Positions 18,873 through 30,288 of a stretch of 64,000 nucleotides of DNA are shown piece by piece. The stretch is from an uncultured delta proteobacterium (GTDB lineage Bacteria; Desulfobacterota; Binatia; Binatales; Binataceae), in contig CAWFBH010000002.1 of assembly GCA_963814035.1 (NCBI GenBank), forward strand, positions 189,165 through 253,164. Direction: 5' to 3'. The translations under genes and the position numbers were made by a program. The notes under the pieces are model-generated. The model did not search any database and was not told the DNA's origin. It saw nothing but the letters and a program-made list of their open reading frames with translations. Each line of letters starts with the position of its first letter. The first letter of the stretch is position 1.

Positions 18873-20266
18873 CGCATTCGAGGGCGAATCAAGCGATTGT
18901 TCTCGTACTGCTCGAGCGCGTGCGCGATCCATCCGGCGGCGCGGCCCACCGCGAAAATCGCGGCCGGCGATCCGAGCGGAAATCCCAACATCCGAATGCA
19001 AACCGTCAGATAAAAATCCAGATTCGGGCGCAGCCGCTCGCGTTTGAAGACCGCCTGTTCAATTTTGAGCGCGGTCTCATAAAGCTTGCGGCCCTTGCGA
19101 CGCGCGATGGTCTGCGCAGTCTGCTTCAGCAGCACCGCGCGCGGATCGCCCTCCGGATAAATCGCATGACCGAAGCCGGGTGGCAGGCGATGCTCGCGGC
19201 CGAACACCTCGAGGCATTGGTCGAGGCGTACGCCATGGTCGAGTTCGGCGAACATTTCTTCGATCCGGTCGCATGCGCCGCCGTGGATGGGACCCGAGAG
19301 TGAGCACAATGCCGCAAGTATCGAGGCATAAAGATCGGCGCCGGTGCTCGCGACCACGCGCGCGGCAAAAGTCGAGGCATTGAGCTCATGCTCCGCGCAC
19401 GCGACGAGTACGCGATTCATCGCGTCGATTTCGAAATCGGCCGCGCCAGTGCCCGCCACATTGCGCAGCAGCCGCTCGGCCATCCCGCCCTCGCCGTCCG
19501 GATGCGCGCGAGATTTTCGCGCCAGCGGCAAGGGTAACATCGAGACAATCAGCTTCGCGCGCGCCGGCCGGTCAAGTTTCTCGCCGTGGCGCTCCCATGC
19601 GGCCAGGCTCGGCATCATCGCGGATAGTTTCAGCAGCGGCGGCGCGTCATCACCCATCGCGGCAATCGCGGTCGCCACCGGAGGAGGTATTTTCGCCGCA
19701 GCTATCTCACCGCGAAGTCCGGCGGCGGCCTCTGCCGTTGGACGCTCGCCATTCCACAGCAGCAGGCAGACTTCCTCGAAGGTGGCGTGCTCGATCACCT
19801 CTTCGATGGGATAACCGCGATAGGCGAGCCGTCCATCCGCAATCGAGCTCACCGCGGATTCGGTGACGATGACGCCGGGTGATGGGCCCTCGGCAGCGGC
19901 GCGCACCGGCTGCGCCACCGTCACCCACGATGACGCATCGGGCAGGCTGCGTGCGCGACGCCCACGCTCAGGCGCGACCAACCCGCGCAACGCCTCGATA
20001 TCGGCGCGACGGTAGAGCGCCTGGCGTCCGACCCGACGCCGATAACTCTTGATCCAGCCTCGGCTCACATAGGCGTAAAGGGTTCCGAGTTTTACCCCCA
20101 GATGATGCGCGGCTTCCGCCGCCGTCAGCATCCGGCCATGTTCCGCTTCCTGCGTCCCCACCCCGCAATCACGCCACCATGGGCCGAGCCCGTCAAGCGA
20201 TGCGGCGAGTTTACGAAGGACAGTTGCGGTTCTTGAATCAACATCAATGAAGCTGTATACAGTCAA
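18839..20266 (-). CDS. excisionase/MerR-type HTH domain fused to citrate-synthase-family domain (likely start at internal Met ~20131)
   Basis: N-terminal LTAAEAAHHLGVKLGTLYAYVSRGWI, then a citrate-synthase fold with GPIHGGA. Confidence 0.7.
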   Translation of the reverse strand: MTVYSFIDVDSRTATVLRKLAASLDGLGPWWRDCGVGTQEAEHGRMLTAAEAAHHLGVKLGTLYAYVSRGWIKSYRRRVGRQALYRRADIEALRGLVAPERGRRARSLPDASSWVTVAQPVRAAAEGPSPGVIVTESAVSSIADGRLAYRGYPIEEVIEHATFEEVCLLLWNGERPTAEAAAGLRGEIAAAKIPPPVATAIAAMGDDAPPLLKLSAMMPSLAAWERHGEKLDRPARAKLIVSMLPLPLARKSRAHPDGEGGMAERLLRNVAGTGAADFEIDAMNRVLVACAEHELNASTFAARVVASTGADLYASILAALCSLSGPIHGGACDRIEEMFAELDHGVRLDQCLEVFGREHRLPPGFGHAIYPEGDPRAVLLKQTAQTIARRKGRKLYETALKIEQAVFKRERLRPNLDFYLTVCIRMLGFPLGSPAAIFAVGRAAGWIAHALEQYENNRLIRPRMRYRGVPLRHWE

Positions 20267-21096
20267 GTCATGGAATCAAAAAACTCCTCCGGTGGCCTTC
20301 GGCGGCAAACTCGAATCGGTACGCGAATTCGGCACGCAGATCGATTTCGGCAAAACTGCGGGCGACTACGCGAAGCATCGGGCGGGCTTTCCTGACGCTT
20401 TTTTCCAGCGCCTCGCCGCGATGGGAGTGATTCGCGCCGGCATGAAAGCGCTCGACCTCGGCACCGGCACCGGTACCGTCGCGCGCGGGCTGGCGCGCAG
20501 CGGCCTCGAGGTCACCGGCCTCGACAAATCCACCGCGCTGATGGAGCAGGCAAAATTGCTCGATGCCGAAGCGGGAGTCGCGGTCCGCTACGTCGAACGC
20601 ACTGCCGAGGCGACCGGATTTCCCGACGATAGCCTCGATGTGGTCACCGCCGGGCAATGCTGGCATTGGTTCAAGCGCGATGAAGCCGCGAAGGAAGCGC
20701 GCCGCGTCCTCAAACCTGGTGGCCATCTCGTCATCTGCCACTTCGATTGGGTGGTGCTTCCAGGCAACGTCTCGGATGTCACCGAAGCTCTTCTTCGCGC
20801 ATACAATCCGGCGTGGATGCTCGGGCGGTCCGTGGAGATATTACCCATGGATCGGAGACCTGAGCGCGGCGGGCTTCAAACAAATCGAAAGCTTCAGCTT
20901 CGATGAGGAAACCCCCTACTCGCATGAGGCGTGGCGGGGCCGCGTCCGCGCCAGCGCGGCAATCGGCGCGTCGTCATTGTCGCCGGAGCGCATCGCGCAA
21001 TTCGACGCCGACCTGGCCGCCATCCTCGCGGAAAAATTCCCCGAACCGATGACGGTCCTGCACCGCATTTACGCAGCCATCGGCACCGCGCCGTGA
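20247..21096 (+). CDS. class I SAM-dependent methyltransferase (frameshift ~20830)
   Basis: ALDLGTGTGTVARGLA motif I and LKPGGHLVI motif. The C-terminus continues in frame 20563..21096. Confidence 0.65.
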
Positions 21097-21250
21097 GTAG
21101 TGTGGGAATGAGGTGCGAACGACTTGCGGACGATAGAGCGACGTATCCCCTGCCAGCTTCGCAAGATCGGATGAGTTCCAGACGTAGCTGATAACAAGGT
21201 CGCCCTGCTCAGCAAATTCGATGTGCTCCTTGGCCGCTTAGCAGAATGTT

Positions 21251-21661
21251 TTATTGTCGCGAGTAAAGGCTGAGGTAGAGTCGGCCGTCGTGAACGAATC
21301 CATCCATCGGCCAGTACCGATACGCGCTCGTCGGAGAAACGAAGAAAGCGCGAGACGCGCCGGCTTTCAGTGGTGCCAAGTAATAGTGAATGTTGAACTC
21401 GGCGTTGCCGCAGATCGAAATGGCGATGCTGTTAGCGACCATACTCGAATCGCTCCGCGTGGAATCGCCGATGAAGGTGTCGCCGAACAGCCAGACGGAA
21501 TGTTGAGGGCTCAGCGGGATGGAATAGGCGACGTCTCCACCAAGCCAGCCCTCCTTAAATGGCAACGAGGGCGTGCATTCAGCGCCCCAGCTCTTGGTCG
21601 CACGGGCGAGCGCAAAAGCCGTCAATATCGCAACGCGGAGCAGCGCGATTATGCTCCGCAT
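21251..21661 (-). CDS. hypothetical secreted protein (signal peptide; WLFGDTFIG motif), possibly a fragment
   Basis: ORF with N-terminal signal peptide MRSIIALLRVAILTAFALA. Confidence 0.35.
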   Translation of the reverse strand: MRSIIALLRVAILTAFALARATKSWGAECTPSLPFKEGWLGGDVAYSIPLSPQHSVWLFGDTFIGDSTRSDSSMVANSIAISICGNAEFNIHYYLAPLKAGASRAFFVSPTSAYRYWPMDGFVHDGRLYLSLYSRQ

Positions 21662-23439
21662 CGCGGGGGTTTAACCTACCAGCGGAGCGGCTTCCGCGAG
21701 TGAAATGTCGCCGTCGCGCGAGAAGCAAATCTGCCGCTTTCGATTCCCACCGGTTGTCGCGCATCGCCATCGGATCCTCGGCGCTCAGGCGATGTTCGAG
21801 GATCATCCGCGACAGTAATAGCCGTTTGCCATTGCCTGATTGCGAGGCTTCCCAAGCCATCAGCACCGCGCTCGTGGTGTTGTAGAGCGCGCCGGCCGCG
21901 AGGCGCGCCCAATCCTCATTTTCCGCGCGCGAGGCGACCTCAGTAGCAAAAGCCGTCGCTTTGTCGATCGTCTGATCGAGTCGCCCGCGATAGTTCTCCG
22001 AAAGCTGCGACGACGCGCGCACCAGCGACTTCAGCGACCCCGCGAGCGCCTCATGCGAACGCATCTTGCCGACCGCGCGCGAGATCGCATCCAGCGCTGC
22101 GATGTTGCTGGTGCCCTCCCACAGCACGCCGACGTGCGCGTCGCGGACCAGCCGCGCGTTGACGAAATCCTCGATGTAGCCCATCGCCGCCCCGCATCTC
22201 CATCGCGCCGGTGGCGACCCGGATGTTGTCGCGGCACGAGCGGTATTTGTACAGCGGCGTCAGGATGCGGAGAATCTGGTTGGCGCCCTCCTCGCCCTGA
22301 TTGGCGCGGCCCATCACATCGGCAGTGTAGGCGTACATCGAGAGCGCCTGTTCGGTCGGCAGCATGATTTTCATCAGCTGCTTCTTCACCAGCGCCATCT
22401 CGATGAGCTTTTTGCCAAATGCGTTCCGGGTGCGTGCTACCTGGAGCGATTCGTTGAGGCATCGACGCATCATCGCGGCGGCGCGGACGCCATGCGAAAG
22501 CCGCGACAGGTTCACCTGCTCCATCATCTGCTTGAAGCCGTTGCGTACTTCGCCGACGAGGTACGCGACCGCGCCCTCGAGCGCGATCTCGCCACTCGCC
22601 ATCGACTTGGTGCCGAGCTTGTCCTTCAGGCGCACGATTCGATAGCTGTTGCGCGCGCCGTTTTCGAGCCGTCGTGGCAACGCGAACAACGCGAGGCCGC
22701 GGGTGCCCGCCGATGCGCCTTCGGGACGGGCGAGCAACAGCGCGACATCGGCGTCGGCATGCGAGCAGAACCACTTGTCGCCATACAGGCGCCAGATTCC
22801 GGAAGACCCGTTCTCGTTGCGCGCGATGGTCTCGAGCGCGCCGACATCGGAGCCGCCGGCCTTCTCGGTCATGAACTGGGTGCCCTTCCACATCGAGTCG
22901 AGGTCCTGCGACAGCATCCGCGGCAGGAGGCGATTTTTGAGTTCCTCGCTGCCGTAGCGCTTGATTACGAAAATCGAAGTGTCGCTGACGCTGACGGGAC
23001 ACATCAGGCCGAATTCCGCCTGCACAAACAGATAGGTGAACGCGTACTTCGCAATCGGTGGGAGCGGCTCCGGCCATCCCAGTACACCGCCGCGATGACT
23101 CATCGCATGAAGGCCGAGCTCGCCGAAGGCGATCTTTTCCATCTCGCGATAGGCGGGATGATATTCGATCCAATCTTCGTCACGGCCGAAGCGATCGCGT
23201 GGATGCAGCACTGGCGCATGTTTGTCGGCGACTTCCGCCAATTCGTCGAGTTTTCCGCCTGCGAGTTCCCCGAGGCGATCGTAATGCGGCTCCATATGCG
23301 CCCGCAGCTTCGGGTCCATGTAGAGCCCCAGCAGATCCTGAAGCCCGCGATCGATGCGATAGAAGTTCATCCCGCGACAATCGAGCGCGAGATGATCGGA
23401 GCCGCGCGGCGCGGCGGCGACTTTTGGTGCAGCTTCCAT
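21662..23439 (-). CDS. AidB-like acyl-CoA dehydrogenase family protein (frameshift ~22190; 3' end uncertain)
   Basis: ORFs 22051..23439 and 21579..22184 are collinear with an AidB-like acyl-CoA dehydrogenase (ACAD). Confidence 0.65.
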
Positions 23440-23549
23440 ATTCGGCCTCGGCGCTGGATTCTAGCGCATCAAGTGCGATTTGTTATGGCCAGGATTTGCC
23501 CTCGCGGCGGTAAATCGCGGTATATTCGCCGTGCTTTGGAGGCTGACCA

Positions 23550-24620
23550 ATGGAATACGGAACCCTCATCTTCACCAAACCGCAGCGCGCCATCACCGAT
23601 CCCAAGCTCGCCGAGGACTTCGGCTATTCGCACGCATGGATTCCCGATTCGCACATGATTTGGGGTGATGTGTGGGCATGCATGGCGCTGGCGGCGGTTA
23701 ACACCACCAAGATCAAACTTGCAACCGGCGTCGCGATTGCAACCAACCGAATTCCTCCCGTCACCGTGGAAGCCATCGGCACCATCAATGAGATCGCGCC
23801 GGGACGCGTCGTGCTCGGTTTCGGCACCGGCCACACCGGACGTCGCGTAATGGGATTGCCGCCGGTGAAGCACGCAGTCTTTCGCGAGGAGGTTCGCGTC
23901 ATCCACGATCTGCTGCGCGATGGCGAGGCGACCTACAACACCGAAGGGATGAGCAAAAAGATTCGCTACATCCATCGCGATCGGCGCTTCATCAGCCTGG
24001 ACGGACCGATTCCATTTTATGTGGCAGCCAACGGTCCGAAGACGATCGCGCTTGCGGGAGAGTTCGGCGACGGATGTGTCACCACTGGCGTCATCAGTCC
24101 CGATCGTGTCGAGGTGGTGAAGAAGCATCTACGGGCAGGCGCGGAGCAGGCGAAGCGTAAGCTGCCGGAAAAGTTTCCCATCGTGACATTGACGCACATA
24201 TGCGTACTGCAACGAGGCGAAGACCTCGATTCGCCGCGCGTGAAGACCATGTGCGGACCGTGGGTAATGGCGAATCTGCACGCCTTCGCGGCCGGATACG
24301 CGCGGGCCGAGTCGCTGCCGGCGCCGGTGCGCCCGGTCTTCCAGGCCTACATGGATTACGTCGGTAAGATGACGCCGCGCGAGGAGCGCTACCTCCAACT
24401 CCATCGCGGGCACTGCTGCTACGTGGAGCCGGAGGAGTGGAAGTTCGTCACCCCGGAATCAATCGAATGCTGCACCATCGTGGGGCCGCGCGAAAAAGTT
24501 GTCGAGCAGATTCGGGGACTGGAAAAGGCTGGGCTATCGCAGATTTTCCTCAATCCACCGATGGATGGCTTCGGCGATTGCATTGGCGAGATTGCGCGGG
24601 AGGTTTTTGACCGCGTCTAG
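23550..24620 (+). CDS. luciferase-like (LLM class) flavin/F420-dependent oxidoreductase
   Basis: 356-aa TIM-barrel LLM pattern (GFGTGHTG...). Confidence 0.7.
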   Translation: MEYGTLIFTKPQRAITDPKLAEDFGYSHAWIPDSHMIWGDVWACMALAAVNTTKIKLATGVAIATNRIPPVTVEAIGTINEIAPGRVVLGFGTGHTGRRVMGLPPVKHAVFREEVRVIHDLLRDGEATYNTEGMSKKIRYIHRDRRFISLDGPIPFYVAANGPKTIALAGEFGDGCVTTGVISPDRVEVVKKHLRAGAEQAKRKLPEKFPIVTLTHICVLQRGEDLDSPRVKTMCGPWVMANLHAFAAGYARAESLPAPVRPVFQAYMDYVGKMTPREERYLQLHRGHCCYVEPEEWKFVTPESIECCTIVGPREKVVEQIRGLEKAGLSQIFLNPPMDGFGDCIGEIAREVFDRV

Positions 24621-24628
24621 AAGGGCGT

Positions 24629-26162
24629 CTAGAAGGGATAGTTGATGCCCGAGAATACGGCGGTGCCTTCTCCGCCATAACCTACGTCGACGAAACCGAC
24701 CACGAATGGTTCCGCGATGCCGCGGAAACCGATCCCTCCGACCGGATGGAGTTGGGAGAGCGGGTTGAAATCGAGATCGTGCGCGACCCGGCCGATATCG
24801 AAAAACGGCGCCAGCTCGAGAATGCCGTGGGTGCCGAAAATATCGTGATCCCAGACCCGGGTGCGGACCTCGGCGTTGGCCACCGCCAGATTGTTGTCGA
24901 TGAATCTTCCTGCGCCATAGCCGCGCAAGGTTTCCTGATCGGTGAGCAGGCTTTCTTGTCCACCGAGCGCGACTCATCGACCAGAAGGGGGTCTCATTTC
25001 CTGAAGGGTTGTATTCGACAAACGCGTGACCGGCGAGGGTGATCTTGTCATTGATGGCATAGAAGCGGCGCAGTTCTCCGCCAAAACGCGTGTAGGAAAC
25101 CGAACTCCCCCACCGCCGATCGGCCACCCCGAAATAGACGTTGGCGAGGCCGCCTTTGCGCGGCACTTCCAGCGAGTCGCGGGTGTCATATGACAACACC
25201 GCCTGGCTGAGTACTTCGCTCCCGCCATTGATACCCTTCTGATTGGGAAAGATTTGGAAGATCGAAGGAACATCGTTGAAGCCGCCTTTGTCGATGCGCA
25301 CCCGCCGCGGCCGCAGGCTCAGCGCGAACTGAAGATCCTCGGTAAGTTCAATCCCAGGATGCCCAGACCATAGAGCTGATTGGTGGTGTAGTTGGTTTCG
25401 TTACCGAGACGGGAGTCGTTGCCGACGCCGAAAAATCTCTCGGTGGGGTCCTTCTCCCAAAAGAACCGACCCTCGAAAGACCACCATTGTTTATGCGTGC
25501 GGCCGGTTTGATAATCGACGTCGACCTTCCGTGCGATTTTCTCCTGACCTCCGGTTACACGTACCAGTTGGTGTCGTCCGAGGGATACGACAGATAACGG
25601 AAGGTTCCACCGGGCCCCAGGGTGGTATTGGATTCGACGTCGGGCGCGAAGATATCGGTGATCTGGTTTTTCGAATCGGTGTACAGCACTGCCGCGAGGA
25701 TGCCGACCGTGGTGCCGCCATTCGGATCGGTGGCGATTTCCGGCACCGGAATGAACGGCCAGGTATCGGGATTCGTCAGCGAGAACTTCTTGCGGCCATT
25801 GCCACTGATCGGGATGAAAAATGCGCCGAGCCGAGAACCCTGCACCGGGACATTCGCGCCTCCCGCGTTTGCCGACTCCGCGCTCGGCGACGCGGCCGCG
25901 GCCGGAGAGGCACCGGGCGAGGCCGAAGCTGCGGTCTTCGGCACGCCTCCGCCACTGGCATTACTTGTTACCGGCGCCGCCTCATTTGCTTTCGGAGACG
26001 CTGTCCCTCCGTTCTCAACGATCGGCGTGTCTTCATCCGCGTATGCATCATTGGCATCGCGAGCGGCGATGCGGTCCAGTTTGAAAATTGCGACCAATGG
26101 CGCAGGAACGCCCGACAGCAGAAGAAGGCTCACGAAGATGAGGAGGAACGATACCGGGTCAT
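24629..26162 (-). CDS. Omp85/BamA-family outer-membrane beta-barrel protein (Bac_surface_Ag domain), at least 3 apparent frameshifts
   Basis: C-terminal ...GGIGFRGIAEPFVVGFVDVGYGGEGTAVFSGINYPF-stop (terminal aromatic), signal peptide and low-complexity Ala/Pro/Ser linker. Pieces lie in frames 24629..24928, 24534..25301, 25555..26133. Confidence 0.65.
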
Positions 26163-26462
26163 CACATTAACGTTCTTATAAACCGCGCCGAGTGGCGCCC
26201 CCACAGGCTCCGCCGAACGCTGTTGCAAGTTTTTTGGCCTCGATGGCGTCAATGCAAGCCCGATCAAGGCGCACCAGTGTCGCACACAAAGCGCATTCTT
26301 GAACAGCCGCCGTTGTCGATTTTCGCCGTTCATTTTTACGGGCGCAACTGATTGCGCTTTTCGCTCGCGCAACAAATGTGCAAGGATTCGGAAACGAAGC
26401 GCACCCGCGTCCATACATCGCGGGGCGCTACGGACGCAGAAATTTCCACGGAGGCTTCTTAT

Positions 26463-28158
26463 ATGGCGAAGGCAAATGGCGGCGAGTTAATCGCTCGCGT
26501 GATGAAAGAGAACAAGGTCAAGTATTGTTTCGCGATCAATGGCGGCCATCTGTTCCCCATCCTGGCCGAGTTGCGCAGCCACGATATCAAGCTGATCCAT
26601 ATGCGCCATGAGCAAGCGACCGCATACGCCGCCGATGCCTACGCGCGCGTCTCGGGCGAAACCGGAGTCTGCATGGTCACCGCGGGATGCGGCCTGACCA
26701 ACGCCGTCACCGGCCTCTGCACCGGCGCGCTCACCGGCAGCTCGATCGTATGCATCTCGGGACAGCATCCGAACACCGAGGATCATGTCGGCTCGTTCCA
26801 GGAGGCCTACGGCTCCGAGGTCGTCGACAGCTTCGCGAAGTTCACCAAACGCGTGACCGACTGGACCTCGATCCAGTTCGACCTCCGCTCCGCCTTCCGC
26901 GAGGCGATCTCACCGCCGCAAGGCGTCGCGCTATTCGAGATTCCGCAGAACATCCTCTATCACGGCGACGAGGATGCAAAGCAGCGAAAGGGCGCGCGCC
27001 GCTTTACCATCGAAGATGTGCGCAGTCAGGGCGAGCCGTCGCATGTCGATAAGGCGCTCGAGCTGCTGCACGCCGCGCAGCGGCCCATCATCGCCGGCGG
27101 CGACGGGCTGTTCTGGTCGCAGGCCGGCCCCGAAATCAAGGAGTTCGTCGAACTTACCGGCATCCCGGTTTACACCCGGCGCGCGGGCCAGGGCGCGGTG
27201 TCCGAAGAAAATCCGCTCGCGATTCGCGGCTCGTGGAAGAAGCCCTTCACCGGGCGCGCCGACGTCGTGATGGCGATCGGCTTCCGGTTCTGGAGCGGCG
27301 AGAAATTCGGCCAGCCGCCGACCTGGACCGACAAGGCCAAGTACATCCAGATCGATCCGGTGCCGACCCGAATCGGATGGCAGGTCGATGCGGACGTGCC
27401 GATCGTCGGCGATCCCGAAGAGCGTGCTGCGTCAGATGATCAATCGCATCAAGGAGCTGAAGCTGGACTTTTCGCAAAAATCGCAACTCCGAATGGTACA
27501 AGGAAATCCAGCCGACTCGCGCGCGCTTCGAGGCTCAAATCGCCGAAGAGAACAAGAAGACCCTCACCAACTCCCGATTCATCCGGCGCGCCTGTGCGAC
27601 GACCTCATCAAGGTGCTCGACAAGAACGCCACCACCATCATCGACAGCTTCACGCTCTCGGGATGGATGAGCCGGCAGTTCACCTGCCGCTTCATGGGCC
27701 AGGTGGTTGACGCGGGCCCGCTCGCGCCGGTCGGCCACGGCGTCGGGATGGGCATCGGCGCGCAGCTCGCGCGGCCCGGACAGCAAGTCGTCGTCATCAG
27801 CGGCGACGGCGGCCTCGGCATCGGCGGATGGGACATGGAGACAGCGGCGCGCTACAAGCTGCCGGTCATCACGGTGCTGTGGAACAACAGCTCATGGGGT
27901 CCGAACTTCGATCAGATGCCGGGACTCAAGGGTAAGACCGATCCGTTCAACATGCTGCCGAACATCCGCTACGACAAGATTTTCGCCGAGATGGGATGCC
28001 ACACCGAACACGTCGAGACCCCGGAACAGATCATTCCGGCGCTCGAGCGCGCGTTCAAATCCGGCAAGCCGTCGCTAATCAATGTGATCGGCGACGTGCG
28101 AGTCGGAAACGCCACGCTGGGCGGCAATCTGCTCGGCTCGACCGGCTCCGCGACCTGA
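26463..28158 (+). CDS. thiamine-pyrophosphate-dependent enzyme (acetolactate-synthase-like family), frameshift(s) 27420-27560
   Basis: N-terminal pyrimidine-binding domain, central domain, and C-terminal TPP-binding GDGGLG...NN motif. Shine-Dalgarno GGAGG 9 nt upstream of ATG. Confidence 0.75.
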
Positions 28159-28180
28159 GGTTTAACCTCCGCGATGCGAA

Positions 28181-28210
28181 GGGGACGCGCATCGAGCGCG
28201 TCCCCTTTTT
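28181..28210 (+). terminator. Rho-independent terminator GGGGACGCGC-atcga-GCGCGTCCCC-TTTTT
   Basis: 10-bp GC stem + T5 immediately after the TPP-enzyme stop. Confidence 0.7.
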
Positions 28211-28237
28211 CATTGCCTGAGCTAGACTGGAATCTGG

Positions 28238-28741
28238 ATGAAGACCCATCAGACCCCGACTATCATCCTTGTCGCGATGCATGATCGCCTTTGTCACCCA
28301 TCGCGGGATGCAAACGCAACGCTAGCGAAATTCCCAAGCCGGTCAATTTGACTGTCCCTCGGGCTCGACAGTTGATGGGCGAGCTGCCGCCCGCCGGCGA
28401 CGAGCAGGCGTGCTGGAAAACCGTCAACGGCGAGGAGGTCAAAGACGGCCCGATGGTCATCTATCGTCCGGGGCGGCCTGAAGATGATGGAGGGCAACTA
28501 CAAGGACGGCAAGCAGGACGGCGAGTGGACGATGTACTACGAAAGCGGCGGCAAGAAATCGATCGACCATTATCAAAGACGGCGTCCAGACCGGGCGATC
28601 ATCTCGTGGTACGAAGACGGACAGATCGACGCGAAGGGACAATATAAAGACGGCCAGCCGGACGGCGTGTGGAAGCGATGGGGTCCCGACGGCGTCAAAA
28701 ACTGGGAAGAGACCTATAAGGACGGCAAGAAAATTTCCTGA
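28238..28741 (+). CDS. MORN-repeat (YwqK-like) lipoprotein, apparent frameshifts (~28280, 28480, 28570)
   Basis: MKTHQTPTIILVAM..LSPIAGC lipobox, then repeats G.W..YYESGGKK...YKDGQPDGVWKRW. Confidence 0.55.
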
Positions 28742-30284
28742 TCAGTCGCCGCACCTGCCGACTCGCCACCGTGATGCCCTCGCACGCGATCGCGGGGACA
28801 TAGAAACGACTCCGATGAGCCCCATACGATCGCCGCATGCGATCGCTTTCCCGCCGCGATAATTCCTCGGAACACATTTTCGATATTCGAATTGATCCGC
28901 AGCGCATTCGGCGCGATCGGTTCGGCGAGACGGCCGTCGCGAATCACATAGGAATCGCCGCTCACGGTGCAGGTGAAATCGCCGGCGCGCTGCCCATTGA
29001 TCGGATAGGTGTACCAGACGCGCCCGATGTAGAGGCCATCGCGAACTTTGCGAATCAGCGCATCGTCCTCGATGCCCGTCGCGCGCCTTCATCACGATAT
29101 TGGTTCCCGCCGAGCCGGGACTTTGATCGAAGCGACGACCGCCGCCCTCGCCCAATCGATAGCCGTTGAGGGCGGGAAACATCGGCACCGTTTTCGGCGG
29201 GCATGCCCAGCTTTTCGCCGCGCTCCTCATCGGTCGCGAGCCGATGGCTAGTCGTAGAAATTCGAAATCAGCCCGACCAGCTTGCCGTCGCGAATGAGAT
29301 CGACGCGCTTGGCCGGAATACCCTCGCAGGTAATCGCGCGCACGCACCGCGCCGCGAGCGCATCGCCAGGATCATCGATCAGGCTGAGGCGCGTATCCAT
29401 CACCTCAGCGCCGAACTTTCCGTGATATGCGGAACTCGCCGCGTGAAACGCGCCGGTCGTGAGCGATCCGAGGACCATGTAGTTGATGATCTCGGCAACC
29501 GGCTGCGGACCCAGCACCACGCGATAGTTTTTGGCCTCGGGCCGAACGCCATGATGCATCCCGGGCGCGCGCCCGGCGCCTCGCGCCCGAGCCGCGCCGC
29601 AACGCGCTGCATCTCGGCGACCGAGCGGCCGACCGCCGACGCGGTCCCCTTGGCATCGAGTGATTCGATCAGCGCAGTAACCGAGGAGCTGAAGTGCGCG
29701 CTCTCATCGGTGCGGATATCGCCGAAATTCGAATTCGCGATCGCGATCCGATCGCGACAGATGCTGACATCGCCGCCAAGCACCAGCCCCGGATGTGGCC
29801 GCGATCGCAGACTCTCGCTTTTCCGCGCGAACGCGCCGATCGCTCCGCGCAAGTATCGACCATGCGGCATCGACGAGGTTGGCGTCCGATGCGCGTCGCA
29901 GATCGCTCTTCTCGGGTTTTCGCGCGGCGAGCTTTCGCGGCTCCGTTCGGAAATCCCGCGAAAATGCGGATCGACGATCAGTTCGCGCGATGCGCCCGCG
30001 CGAGCACCGCGCGGACCGCATCGGTGCTGAAATCGCCCGCCTCATAGGCGGTCCCGACTTCATGCGCGATCCCGCTTCGTGACGATGCGAATTTGAAAGC
30101 CCTCGGCGGTATGCGACTTCAGCTCCTCGACGCCGCGACACGGAATATCGGAGGTGTAGTTGAGCCGCGCGATGCGGTTGTCGCCGCTCGCGCAATAAAT
30201 CTCGAATGCTGCGACATCTTTGTCGCGCGCCACTATCGCGGCGGCCTCGCGCGCGAAACTCTTCAGCTCCGAGGCCTTGATCAT
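28742..30284 (-). CDS. pmbA: TldD/PmbA-family metalloprotease (PmbA-like), heavily frameshifted; boundaries approximate
   Basis: the 30060..30284 N-terminus and fragments 29248..29559 and 28714..28965 carry PmbA_TldD motifs. Confidence 0.55.
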
Positions 30285-30288
30285 CGAA

